DNA of 17,903 nucleotides from a virus: UHGV virus genome UHGV-1371914, one strand, 5' to 3'. The notes under the pieces are model-generated. The model searched no databases, was not told the DNA's origin, and was given only the letters and a program-made list of their open reading frames with translations. Each line of letters starts with the position of its first letter. Within the stretch, counting starts at the first letter, position 1. Shown here piece by piece: positions 6,971-15,144 of this stretch. The position numbers and the translations under genes were made by a program.

Positions 6971-9175
6971 ATGGAGGATGCTATGTCTGAGATTTATTCT
7001 ATGCCCCCTGAGACGCGCGCGGGTTTGTCATTTGATTATTCTGTATGGTCTGCTGGCAGTGTCATTACGATGGTTAATGTTCCTTTTGACAATTCATATC
7101 GGGATATTGTTGATTGGGAGGCGTATGGTCACACTCCGTATGCTTATGTCAAGTCTTTTAACAACCTGCATAAGGTTGAGATTAATCAGATGACCTACCT
7201 TGCACAGGGTAAGCCGATTCGTATTCCTACGCCTTTCACTAAGGCGAATCAATATAACTATGTGATGGTTGAAAATCCTGGCAGGCCCGTTAATTCGGTT
7301 GCCTTCGAGGGTTATACTCCGTCGGTGTTTTTCTATTTCATTACGAGCATTGACTACATTGCGCCCAACACTACACAGTTGACACTTCAACTTGATGTTT
7401 GGACAACGTATTATCAGAAAATCAATTTCGGTCGTAGTTACCTTGAGCGTGGGCATATGGGTATTTGCGCAACCGACTCATTTGACAACTACGGAAAGAA
7501 TTGGTTGACGCAGCCAGAGGGCCTAGACCTTGGTTCTGAGCACCAGATTATGCGTACGTATCGTCGAATGCTTGCGGACGTAAATAATTTTGATTTTGTT
7601 GTAGTAATCACTTCAACCACAAACCTGGATAATGTAAATGGGTATGGAAGTGCCGATGACCCTAAGGTGTCAATGGCCGATTCATCTAAGGTTGAAGGCC
7701 TCCCTAACGGAACCAATATTTATGCATGCACTAGCCTTGAGTTTAGGAAGGGTATGGGGGGCCTAAGGTTTGTTCCGTGGGTTGCTCAAGGGATTGGGTC
7801 GATCACTATTGTACCTAAAGACGTGGTTGACTTAAATGCTGGCAATAAGGTTAATGTTGGTCAAGGAGCGGAAACGGGTAAGTGGACATATCTTTCTGAA
7901 AATAGTGTTTATATTAATCGCGACTACTCTCTGAATGATGCTAATTTTAGAAATGAATTGCTTTCCCTGCTTCCGGCAGAGTATCGTCAGTTGAAGAAAT
8001 TCGTTACATCACCGTATTGCATTGTTGAGTTGACTACCTATGCAGGGAATCCTGTTGAGTTTCGTCCTGAGTCTATTCGGACGGCCGGCATTAACATTCA
8101 GCAGTATGTGCATATTGCTCCGCCTAACCCTTCACTATTCTTCACGATTAAGGACTATAACACGATTACTGAGTCTGTTATTGTTGAGCGACGTTCAGGC
8201 AAGGTGACTAATGAATATGGTGAAGGCTGGGATATGTGTACTGGCTACACCTCGCTACCCACATTCTCGGCAGTAAACAATGCTGCGCTAAACGCCCTTG
8301 CCGGTTCGGCGCATACAACGGCGGCACAGATTAACAACGCGAAGTGGCAGCAACAGCGCGCGCAGCGCGCGGCGTCGTCGGCGCGTGACGTTGCTAATGC
8401 GGGGATTGCTGCCACTCAGGCTGGTGCCGAGAATAGTATGTGGGGGAATTCTGCGATGGCAGATTCTCAGTCGCGATACAATAATATGCGGGCGACCGTT
8501 CAGGCCGCGCAGGGCGGGATTACTGCGCTGGGTGGTGTGATGGGGCTTAACGGGCAGGCGGCGGGCGCCGGGATTGCTCAGGCGGCTACGGCTGGCGTTA
8601 ATGCTATGATTTCTAATTCTCAGGCTCAGTCTACTGCGAATATTCAGAATCAGTTGGCTAGTGGCGCGTCTCAGATTTCTCAGCAACAGCAAAGGACCGT
8701 TCGTGATACGAACTATGAGATGGCTCAGTTTGCTGCAAACGGGGACTATGAGGCGGCTATTGCCTCGATTAATGGTCAGCGTCAGGATATGCAGGTTATT
8801 CCGCCGTCTGTCGTTGGTCAGACGTCTGGGTACGTGTCTGCGATGGTTTCTCAGGGGCTTGTGATTGATGGGAGGATTAGGTTTCTTTCACCTAACGCGA
8901 TGCGTTCGGTTGGCGATTTCTGGTTGCGCTACGGTTATTTGATGAATGTTTGGATTAAGATGCCCAATAAACTTTCATTGATGACTGAGTTCACGTATTG
9001 GAAATTGGTTGAGTGCTACTTGGTTGACACGTTTATCCCTGAGGGATTCAAGTCAACTGTTCGTGGTATTTTTGAAAAGGGTGTTACTGTGTGGCGTTCT
9101 CCGCAGAGAATTGGTAACACTAACATTAGAAACAATAAGATCGACAAAACGGTTAGGGTGACCCTTGGTGGCTAA
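6971..9175 (+). CDS. Putative tail knob / distal tail tube protein (phi29 gp9-like by position), about 735 aa; start ATG 6971 or 6983
   Basis: Track ORF 6944..9175, but 6944 lies inside the hairpin. GGAGGA 6973-6978 precedes ATG 6983. Large structural ORF immediately upstream of the portal gene, as gene 9 is in phi29. Contains an Ala/Gln/Gly-rich insertion at nt ~8280-8700. Confidence 0.45.
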   Translation: MEDAMSEIYSMPPETRAGLSFDYSVWSAGSVITMVNVPFDNSYRDIVDWEAYGHTPYAYVKSFNNLHKVEINQMTYLAQGKPIRIPTPFTKANQYNYVMVENPGRPVNSVAFEGYTPSVFFYFITSIDYIAPNTTQLTLQLDVWTTYYQKINFGRSYLERGHMGICATDSFDNYGKNWLTQPEGLDLGSEHQIMRTYRRMLADVNNFDFVVVITSTTNLDNVNGYGSADDPKVSMADSSKVEGLPNGTNIYACTSLEFRKGMGGLRFVPWVAQGIGSITIVPKDVVDLNAGNKVNVGQGAETGKWTYLSENSVYINRDYSLNDANFRNELLSLLPAEYRQLKKFVTSPYCIVELTTYAGNPVEFRPESIRTAGINIQQYVHIAPPNPSLFFTIKDYNTITESVIVERRSGKVTNEYGEGWDMCTGYTSLPTFSAVNNAALNALAGSAHTTAAQINNAKWQQQRAQRAASSARDVANAGIAATQAGAENSMWGNSAMADSQSRYNNMRATVQAAQGGITALGGVMGLNGQAAGAGIAQAATAGVNAMISNSQAQSTANIQNQLASGASQISQQQQRTVRDTNYEMAQFAANGDYEAAIASINGQRQDMQVIPPSVVGQTSGYVSAMVSQGLVIDGRIRFLSPNAMRSVGDFWLRYGYLMNVWIKMPNKLSLMTEFTYWKLVECYLVDTFIPEGFKSTVRGIFEKGVTVWRSPQRIGNTNIRNNKIDKTVRVTLGG

Positions 9176-10139
9176 AAGAGATTTTGTTAAGCACGGCATT
9201 TACAATAAAGTCATGCTTGCGCCGGCCTCTTCGTCGGAGGCGCGGCAAATGCAGTTGGAGCATATGTACCGAAAGCAATTGATGGGAAAGTGTCTATCTC
9301 GGTTTACTTGGGAGGGACTGCCTAATGGGATTGACCCCCGGTTTATTGAAGCAACCATTTTCAATAACGGATACTCAGTTTTCTATTACGATAGTTTCTT
9401 CGAGTTATTCATGGCGATGCCCGCCACAATTTCCGGTCCGCTGGACATTCAAGATAACCCTACTGGATATCGCATCTCGAGGAATGGTGTCTATTCTCGT
9501 GAGGTGAAGGCATCGGAAAGTGTGTGCATTTGGGGCAATCAGATTCGTGAGCCAGAGATCGACGTTGTTCTATCATATGCTGCCAGACTTGCGCAAATTG
9601 ACAGAACAATTGAGATCGACTTACTTAACGAACGCAACCCGATGATCGTTGCTTGCACGCAGGATCAACGCCTCACCATTCAGAACCTCATTTCCAAGAT
9701 TTATGATGGTGAGCCTGTCGTCTGGGGAACTGAGAATCTGAGCATGGATAATCTCGCTAACACCATTGGAGTGTTTCCGCTCAATCAGAACGCTGGAACG
9801 GGCGCTGTGTCTTCCATTAAGCATATGGAATCCAAGGCCAAGGTTTGGGGTGAGGCGCTTACAATGCTTGGGATTATGAATGTCAATTCTGAGAAGCGTG
9901 AGCGCATGGTGGTTGAGGAAGCCGCCGCAAATTCCGGTCAGGTGCTTGCGTCTCGTGAGTCTTTCATGAAGCCGCGTGAACTTGCGTGCGAACAGATTAA
10001 TGATATGTTTGGTTTGCAGGTTTCGTGTTCCTGGGCCGTCGATGATAACGCAACGCCTAATCTTAATGACTATCTCACTACTTCAAATCTAACAACTTAT
10101 GGAGGGGAAGATGGCACTAACAACGATAATGCTTCGTGA
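9165..10139 (+). CDS. Portal (head-tail connector) protein, phi29 gp10-like (324 aa, GTG start)
   Basis: From memory of phi29 gp10: FTWEGLPNGIDPRFIEATIFNNGYSVFYYD resembles [30 protein letters not shown], and VWGEALTMLGIMNVNSEKRERMVVEEAAANSGQ...PRELACEQINDMFGLQV resembles [33 protein letters not shown]...SREEACEKINELYGLNV. Confidence 0.85.
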   Translation: MVAKRDFVKHGIYNKVMLAPASSSEARQMQLEHMYRKQLMGKCLSRFTWEGLPNGIDPRFIEATIFNNGYSVFYYDSFFELFMAMPATISGPLDIQDNPTGYRISRNGVYSREVKASESVCIWGNQIREPEIDVVLSYAARLAQIDRTIEIDLLNERNPMIVACTQDQRLTIQNLISKIYDGEPVVWGTENLSMDNLANTIGVFPLNQNAGTGAVSSIKHMESKAKVWGEALTMLGIMNVNSEKRERMVVEEAAANSGQVLASRESFMKPRELACEQINDMFGLQVSCSWAVDDNATPNLNDYLTTSNLTTYGGEDGTNNDNAS

Positions 10140-10827
10140 TGTTGTCAAGTTAACTGGTGACCATATCGGACTTGATGACTATCCGATATTTGATGAGGCA
10201 TATCGACAGATTCTTAATGATAAAATCAAGAAGACCTATTGGCTTCAAGAGATTGCTCATGAGACAGTAGATATCTTTATCTGGCGACTTTCGCTTAAAA
10301 TGTCTCTGATTATGCCCCGGTATAACCGGATGTATCTCGCCGAACTGCAAAACACCGACCCTTTGGACGGCAATCGCCACTACAGCCGCACCGGCCAGGA
10401 CGGTAGGAGCCAGAATTCTGGGGTCAATCACCAGACTGGTAGTGGTAGTGGTACCAATAAGTCTAAGGGCCGTACGGTGGGTTCCGACACTCCTCAGACG
10501 CGGCTTGCGGGTGATGGGGACTATGCTACGAGTATCAGTGATGCGTCGACGTCCGGTGACACAACGTCGCGTAATGAGTCGGATAGCACGTCATCGTCTA
10601 CGAGTAATTACACGAATAATCAGAATTCTGAGTCGTGGGGTTACTCTGGCTCTAAGGCGCGGGCTATTGCTGACTATCGCAGCACGCTACTGAATGTTGA
10701 TGACTTGGTTATTGCCGAACTGAGTGAGTTGTTTATGGGGATTTGGGACGGAGACGCTCCGCATACGCCGGGCGGGCTTTATAATGGATACAGTTTTGGA
10801 ATCGGAGGATATTATGGCTACTGGTGA
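10111..10827 (+). CDS. Putative lower collar / tail adaptor protein (238 aa from ATG 10111; track ORF from 10099)
   Basis: GGAGGGG RBS 10101-10107. Position between portal and appendage genes, as gp11 in phi29. Contains a Ser/Thr/Asn/Gly-rich disordered segment. No motif-level confirmation. Confidence 0.35.
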   Translation: MALTTIMLRDVVKLTGDHIGLDDYPIFDEAYRQILNDKIKKTYWLQEIAHETVDIFIWRLSLKMSLIMPRYNRMYLAELQNTDPLDGNRHYSRTGQDGRSQNSGVNHQTGSGSGTNKSKGRTVGSDTPQTRLAGDGDYATSISDASTSGDTTSRNESDSTSSSTSNYTNNQNSESWGYSGSKARAIADYRSTLLNVDDLVIAELSELFMGIWDGDAPHTPGGLYNGYSFGIGGYYGYW

Positions 10828-12289
10828 CGACATTATCGGCTCCATTGATCGCGCTCTATGGCGCGTTCAGTCTAGGAACATTAACAATGTAACCCCGTTT
10901 ACGTATCGCGATGGGCTTACGTATACTGACGTGCTTGAGCGGATTCGCGGCAGCGTCATTGACGTCATTGAATTCGTTAGCAAGTTCGGTGATGAGCAAG
11001 ACAAGATTATTGCCAAACTTAATGAGACGGTAAACAACTTCATTACTGAGGTTGAGAAGACACACTCAGGTTGGAATAAGGAACTGGACACAAAGAAGAC
11101 CGCGCTCGAGTCGCTAATCGAAGACTTCAAGCGCCGCCTTATTGATGCCGAATTCCGTGAGGTTGACGGCAACTATATTGAAGCGCCACTTAAGTCGCCT
11201 GCCGGTAAGCGGGTTACGCTCACAACTAAGGCGTGGGGAGATGCGCTAAATGCCCAGAATTCTCAGTTTCAGACAGAGATTCAGGAGAAACTGGCCCAGC
11301 AGCGTAGGGACTTCGACAATCGTTTCCCGGCCTACTACACGAAGGTCGAGGCTAACGACATCTTCCTCGAGGACCCTAAACTCACTGAGGGCGTAGTCAT
11401 TGGGTCATCTAATGCCACGATTGAAGCAAGCCGCTGGACCGAGACTCTGTGTCGTGAGTTGGGACTTAACCCTAATGTGTACGCAATTGGTGGTGGCGGG
11501 TTTACTTCAACGTCCGATAATAATTTCCTGACACAGTTGGATAATGCTAAGCAAGGAATGTCTGAGGATAAGCGCCGCAGAACTAAATACCTATTCGTGA
11601 TCGACCTACTGAACGATATTCGAGCACAGAATTCTGTGGGAGACAAGGCGGCAACCTTTTTCAGGCTTGCCCGCCAGTACTTCCCTAACGCGGATATTCG
11701 CGTGCTTCCGGTCATCTTTAATGAGTCCTCACTGAATGAGTATGTTCAGATGGCGCGGTCCTGTGTATCTCGCACATTCGAGGTCGTTAATGCCGGCAAG
11801 CCCTATGGGGCCGTTGTCTGCGAAGGTTCTCGCGGTTGGGTGCATTGGGGTGACGAGCAAGCCAAGTCCTGGGACCAAGGGCCGGATAATGTTCATATGA
11901 CCGCATCGGGGTATACGCATATTAAGGAACTGTTTGAGGTTTGGCTCAAGGGCGGCTCGAGTTGGTTTAACCCTCCGGCGATGGCACTGCATACACTATC
12001 TGACGGTACTGTGGCGAAGGACTATAACTATCTCACGTGCGAACGCGACAGAGATTGGGTTTATATTCAAGGAACATTCAAAATTGGAACAAATAACGTA
12101 GGATACGATGGTCGACTAATGAGCATCCCCGGATGGGCGCGCCCCTACGACGGTGTTATGTCTCCCATTATTGGAAATGACAGAACATACAAATATCTAT
12201 ATGTCGCTAAGACTGGAGGAATTTACGCAGGAGACATTCTCTCCGCAAACCAGACCTACCAAGTGAACATGACCTACAAAATCTGGTGA
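10814..12289 (+). CDS. Tail appendage / fibre protein with N-terminal coiled-coil and central SGNH (GDSL-like) esterase domain (491 aa from ATG 10814; track ORF from 10724)
   Basis: GGAGGA RBS 10804-10809. SGNH blocks in order: I VVIGSSNA (Ser), II YAIGGGGF (Gly), III VIDLLND (Asn), V DNVH (Asp-x-x-His), spanning about nt 11380-11960. Position corresponds to phi29 gene 12. Confidence 0.55.
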   Translation: MATGDDIIGSIDRALWRVQSRNINNVTPFTYRDGLTYTDVLERIRGSVIDVIEFVSKFGDEQDKIIAKLNETVNNFITEVEKTHSGWNKELDTKKTALESLIEDFKRRLIDAEFREVDGNYIEAPLKSPAGKRVTLTTKAWGDALNAQNSQFQTEIQEKLAQQRRDFDNRFPAYYTKVEANDIFLEDPKLTEGVVIGSSNATIEASRWTETLCRELGLNPNVYAIGGGGFTSTSDNNFLTQLDNAKQGMSEDKRRRTKYLFVIDLLNDIRAQNSVGDKAATFFRLARQYFPNADIRVLPVIFNESSLNEYVQMARSCVSRTFEVVNAGKPYGAVVCEGSRGWVHWGDEQAKSWDQGPDNVHMTASGYTHIKELFEVWLKGGSSWFNPPAMALHTLSDGTVAKDYNYLTCERDRDWVYIQGTFKIGTNNVGYDGRLMSIPGWARPYDGVMSPIIGNDRTYKYLYVAKTGGIYAGDILSANQTYQVNMTYKIW

Positions 12290-12299
12290 GTAGACAGGA

Positions 12300-12342
12300 A
12301 TAGCCTGCCCCGATAGAATTGGGGCAGGCTATTTCTGTGTGG
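12300..12342 (+). terminator. Hairpin terminator/attenuator between fibre and tail-lysin genes (stem atagcctgcccc / ggggcaggctat, loop gatagaatt, then ttctgtgt)
   Basis: Perfect 12-bp stem 12300-12311 / 12321-12332 followed by a U-rich tract. Confidence 0.5.
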
Positions 12343-12349
12343 AGGAACT

Positions 12350-13654
12350 ATGGCGTGGGACGCAACAGCAAAGAAAGTTGCGATTAAGGCTATTGGTCAG
12401 GTTGAGTCATCTATGGACTACTCGGCAATCAACTACAATGACCCGATTACTGTGGGGATTGCTCAGTGGTATGGCACTCGTGCGGCGGCAATTCTTAACA
12501 GAATGCGTGGAGCACACTCTGCGGAATACGCGCGTGTCGATAGTGGGTTTAGGTCCCGACTTGAATCTGTTCCCGAGTCTGATTCGTCCTGGAACACCTA
12601 CTATCTTTCTCGCGGCGTTGGCGATAGTCTTAAGCCATTGCTTAATGCGAGCAAGGATATTCAGGGTGACCAGATTGTCAAGGACCTTGAAAACTATTTC
12701 ACTGTCGCTAAACAATATGGGATTAATCCTGACACGGACACCGACGCCTTTATCTTATGGTGTGTTGCTTACCATCAAGGCCCGCGATATGCATTGCAGG
12801 CGGCAAACCACTATTCCGGTAGCGGTCTTGAAGAGATGTATTCTGACATCATGGCTAACGGCGTTCTAGGCAGATACGGCAATAGGTATTCTCAAGCTAA
12901 AAACATCATTGCCGGCAAAGACACTAGCGGCGTTGGCGAAGGCGGCATTAGTGCAAACACTCCCGGTAATGGTGGGAGCGTTGGACAGAATGGTCAGGCA
13001 GTAAACGTGTCTGGCGGAAAACTAATTATCAGTGCTGACGACTCAGGAATTCTCACTCTAAGGTCAAAATTTGGTAATTACCAAATGTACTCCCACGGGC
13101 ACAATCTGTGGGAAGTAAACCTCAAAGACATCCAAGAGAAAATCGTCGGACAAAGCCCGCAAGCGAACGCCGGTGGGGGAGGCGGCGGAGGCGGCGCCCC
13201 TGCCCCAGGCGGCTCGGGTAAAGGTGCGGCAGCACTCGCATGGGTAATGTCCCGGTTGGGTAAATTTGCCTACTGCCAGTGTCCTGGCAGGCAGGACCCT
13301 GACAACTCGGGTATCACTGATTGTTCGGGGTTGATGTACGCAGCCTACATGGCCACTTCAAACACGTTCGTAGGCACTTGGACAGGTGACCAGTACTTCC
13401 GTGGGGCTGAGCCGTTCCCTCGCCGTGGCGGGGCTATGACGGCCGCTGAGCGCTCCCAGTTGCGGCCAGGGGACATGATCGTCATGGCCTGGAAGTCAAC
13501 GGGCAGTTACTATCCTGAAACTGACCATGTAGAAATGGTTGTGGACTCGAATACACTTGTAGGACATGGTGGTAATCCCCACTATGGGCCCGTCACAAAA
13601 TCTATTGATATTCTCGCCGGCACGCGTTGGTGGACAGTAAGGCGTCATGAATGA
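12350..13654 (+). CDS. Tail-associated peptidoglycan hydrolase, phi29 gp13-like: N-terminal lysozyme-like domain + Gly-rich linker + C-terminal NlpC/P60 endopeptidase (434 aa)
   Basis: GGAGGA RBS 12341-12346. From memory of gp13: N-terminal GQVESSMDYSAINYNDPITVGIAQW resembles the gp13 N-domain GNMQSESTINPG...GLVQW. Linker GGGGGGGGAPAPGGSGKG. C-terminal NlpC/P60 signature ITDCSGLMYAAY (Cys) with downstream His in TDHVEM / GHGGNPH. Confidence 0.7.
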   Translation: MAWDATAKKVAIKAIGQVESSMDYSAINYNDPITVGIAQWYGTRAAAILNRMRGAHSAEYARVDSGFRSRLESVPESDSSWNTYYLSRGVGDSLKPLLNASKDIQGDQIVKDLENYFTVAKQYGINPDTDTDAFILWCVAYHQGPRYALQAANHYSGSGLEEMYSDIMANGVLGRYGNRYSQAKNIIAGKDTSGVGEGGISANTPGNGGSVGQNGQAVNVSGGKLIISADDSGILTLRSKFGNYQMYSHGHNLWEVNLKDIQEKIVGQSPQANAGGGGGGGGAPAPGGSGKGAAALAWVMSRLGKFAYCQCPGRQDPDNSGITDCSGLMYAAYMATSNTFVGTWTGDQYFRGAEPFPRRGGAMTAAERSQLRPGDMIVMAWKSTGSYYPETDHVEMVVDSNTLVGHGGNPHYGPVTKSIDILAGTRWWTVRRHE

Positions 13655-14646
13655 AAAAGAAATTCTCATACTATAGTTTCTCTAAGGTTCTATCTTATGC
13701 TGGTGTCTTTAATATGATTATGGGCGCCCGTGGCCTTGGTAAAACTTATGGTGCCAAAAAGATTGTGATTAAGAATGCAATCAATAAGGGGCAGCAATTC
13801 ATTTATCTCCGTCGATACAAGACAGAACTCAAGGGCCGCAACAGTTTCTTTGCTGATATTCAGCACGAATTCCCTGATGAGGAATTCCGCGTTGAAGGGC
13901 AGTATGCGCAGCGTAAGGTTGGGAAGAAATGGGAGACCATCGGATATTTTATTCCGCTTTCTACGGCGCAAGCAAATAAGTCTATTGCGTATCCGAATGT
14001 TTATACAATCATTTTTGATGAATTCATTATCGACAAGGGTTCACTCCGGTATCTCCCTGATGAGGCGAAAGTATTTATGGACTTTTACTCAACAGTAGAC
14101 CGTTACCAAGATAGAGTGCGTTGCCTAATGCTTTCCAATGCGGTCAGCATTATGAACCCCTATTTCATTCGATTCCACATAGAACCTAAGGAAGGAATTA
14201 GCCGTCACGCTGATGGATTTATCGTTACCGATTTCGTCAACAGTGAGCAATTCCAATCGGAAGTGGCACACACTCGATTTGGTTCATTCGTCACAAACTA
14301 TGCTGAGGACTACGCTGACTACTCTATCTCAAACAAATTCGCCGACAACTATGACGACTTTGTCATGAAAAAGACAGGAAAAGCAAAATACGCATTCTCC
14401 CTCCGGTGCCCCGAGGGCGAGGTCTCTATCTGGATCGACGGCGGCACGTGGTTCGCCCAGCGTCGCCAGCCCCGCGGGGATAGGGTAAGATGGGCCTATA
14501 GGGTCACAGACCTGAGAGAAGGTGAGCGGCTCCTCGTGTACGGGGACAAAGTACTCAGCATCATGCGGAGCACCTACCGGAAAGGTCGACTTTTCTCTGA
14601 CTCTCCTGAGACTCGAAACATGTTCGCTGAAATCTTTGTCCGATAA
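13651..14646 (+). CDS. DNA encapsidation (packaging) ATPase, phi29 gp16-like (331 aa)
   Basis: Walker A GARGLGKT near the N-terminus. Walker B hhhhDE as TIIFDEF. Size matches phi29 gp16 (332 aa) and the gene sits at the end of the late operon. ATGAATGA overlap with the upstream gene. Confidence 0.8.
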   Translation: MKKKFSYYSFSKVLSYAGVFNMIMGARGLGKTYGAKKIVIKNAINKGQQFIYLRRYKTELKGRNSFFADIQHEFPDEEFRVEGQYAQRKVGKKWETIGYFIPLSTAQANKSIAYPNVYTIIFDEFIIDKGSLRYLPDEAKVFMDFYSTVDRYQDRVRCLMLSNAVSIMNPYFIRFHIEPKEGISRHADGFIVTDFVNSEQFQSEVAHTRFGSFVTNYAEDYADYSISNKFADNYDDFVMKKTGKAKYAFSLRCPEGEVSIWIDGGTWFAQRRQPRGDRVRWAYRVTDLREGERLLVYGDKVLSIMRSTYRKGRLFSDSPETRNMFAEIFVR

Positions 14647-14951
14647 TGATACACATTAACCCCACCACAATTGACGTTGCCCTAATCCTTGCCATCGTAT
14701 CCCTGGTAACAATTGCAGGGAGATTCATTTATCGTGCCACACGATTCATGGATCACCTAGCAACAATGCTAGACGCGTGGGACGGAAAAGACGGGACACC
14801 TGGCGTCCTGGACCGGCTTGAAGATATTGAAAACAAACTAAAAGACGTGCAATATCACGTCAAACCAAACCACGGCGGCTCAAGCGTTGACGCACAGAAC
14901 CGCCAACTACGAGAAATCATTTCCTATCTTAAGGAGAAAAACAATGGGTGA
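14646..14951 (+). CDS. Small membrane protein in the lysis cassette (101 aa; one N-terminal TM helix IDVALILAIVSLVTIAG, helical C-terminus); holin-like or antiholin candidate
   Basis: TAATG overlap with the ATPase stop. Hydrophobic segment seen in the translation. Sits immediately upstream of the holin and endolysin genes. Confidence 0.45.
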   Translation: MIHINPTTIDVALILAIVSLVTIAGRFIYRATRFMDHLATMLDAWDGKDGTPGVLDRLEDIENKLKDVQYHVKPNHGGSSVDAQNRQLREIISYLKEKNNG

Positions 14952-15144
14952 GCACGAGTCCCTCAAGCCTCCCTTTATTCCCGACGCATACCGGCTGTGG
15001 GCTTACATCGTCAGTGTTGGCGTCCTCGTATGTCTTGGTGTATGGGGCGTTATTGACGGTGACAAGATTTCCGCCCTTAATTTCCTGTTCGCCGCATTCT
15101 TCGGAGTCGCCGCAAACAATGTCCCCCGAGGAAAGGCATCCTAA
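14944..15144 (+). CDS. Holin, class II-like (66 aa, two TM segments LWAYIVSVGVLVCLGVWGVI and ISALNFLFAAFFGVAA)
   Basis: AAGGAG RBS 14931-14936 with 7-nt spacer to ATG 14944 (track ORF from 14887). Two hydrophobic helices. Immediately upstream of the endolysin gene with a TAATG overlap. Confidence 0.6.
   Translation: MGEHESLKPPFIPDAYRLWAYIVSVGVLVCLGVWGVIDGDKISALNFLFAAFFGVAANNVPRGKAS

Noticed and set aside
7094-7456. 120-aa - strand ORF
   Set aside because: It is antisense within the tail knob gene.
8288-8692. Arg-rich 134-aa (-) and 80-aa (+) ORFs in alternative frames
   Set aside because: They lie inside the GC-rich Ala/Gln/Gly-rich segment of the tail protein gene and are artefacts of low-complexity GC-rich sequence.
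12339-12869. 176-aa + ORF and 102-aa - ORF (12407..12715)
   Set aside because: These are alternative frames of the tail-lysin gene, whose frame carries the lysozyme-like and NlpC/P60 motifs.
13690-14098. 93-aa - and 107-aa + alternative-frame ORFs
   Set aside because: They lie inside the packaging ATPase gene, whose frame carries the Walker A/B motifs.
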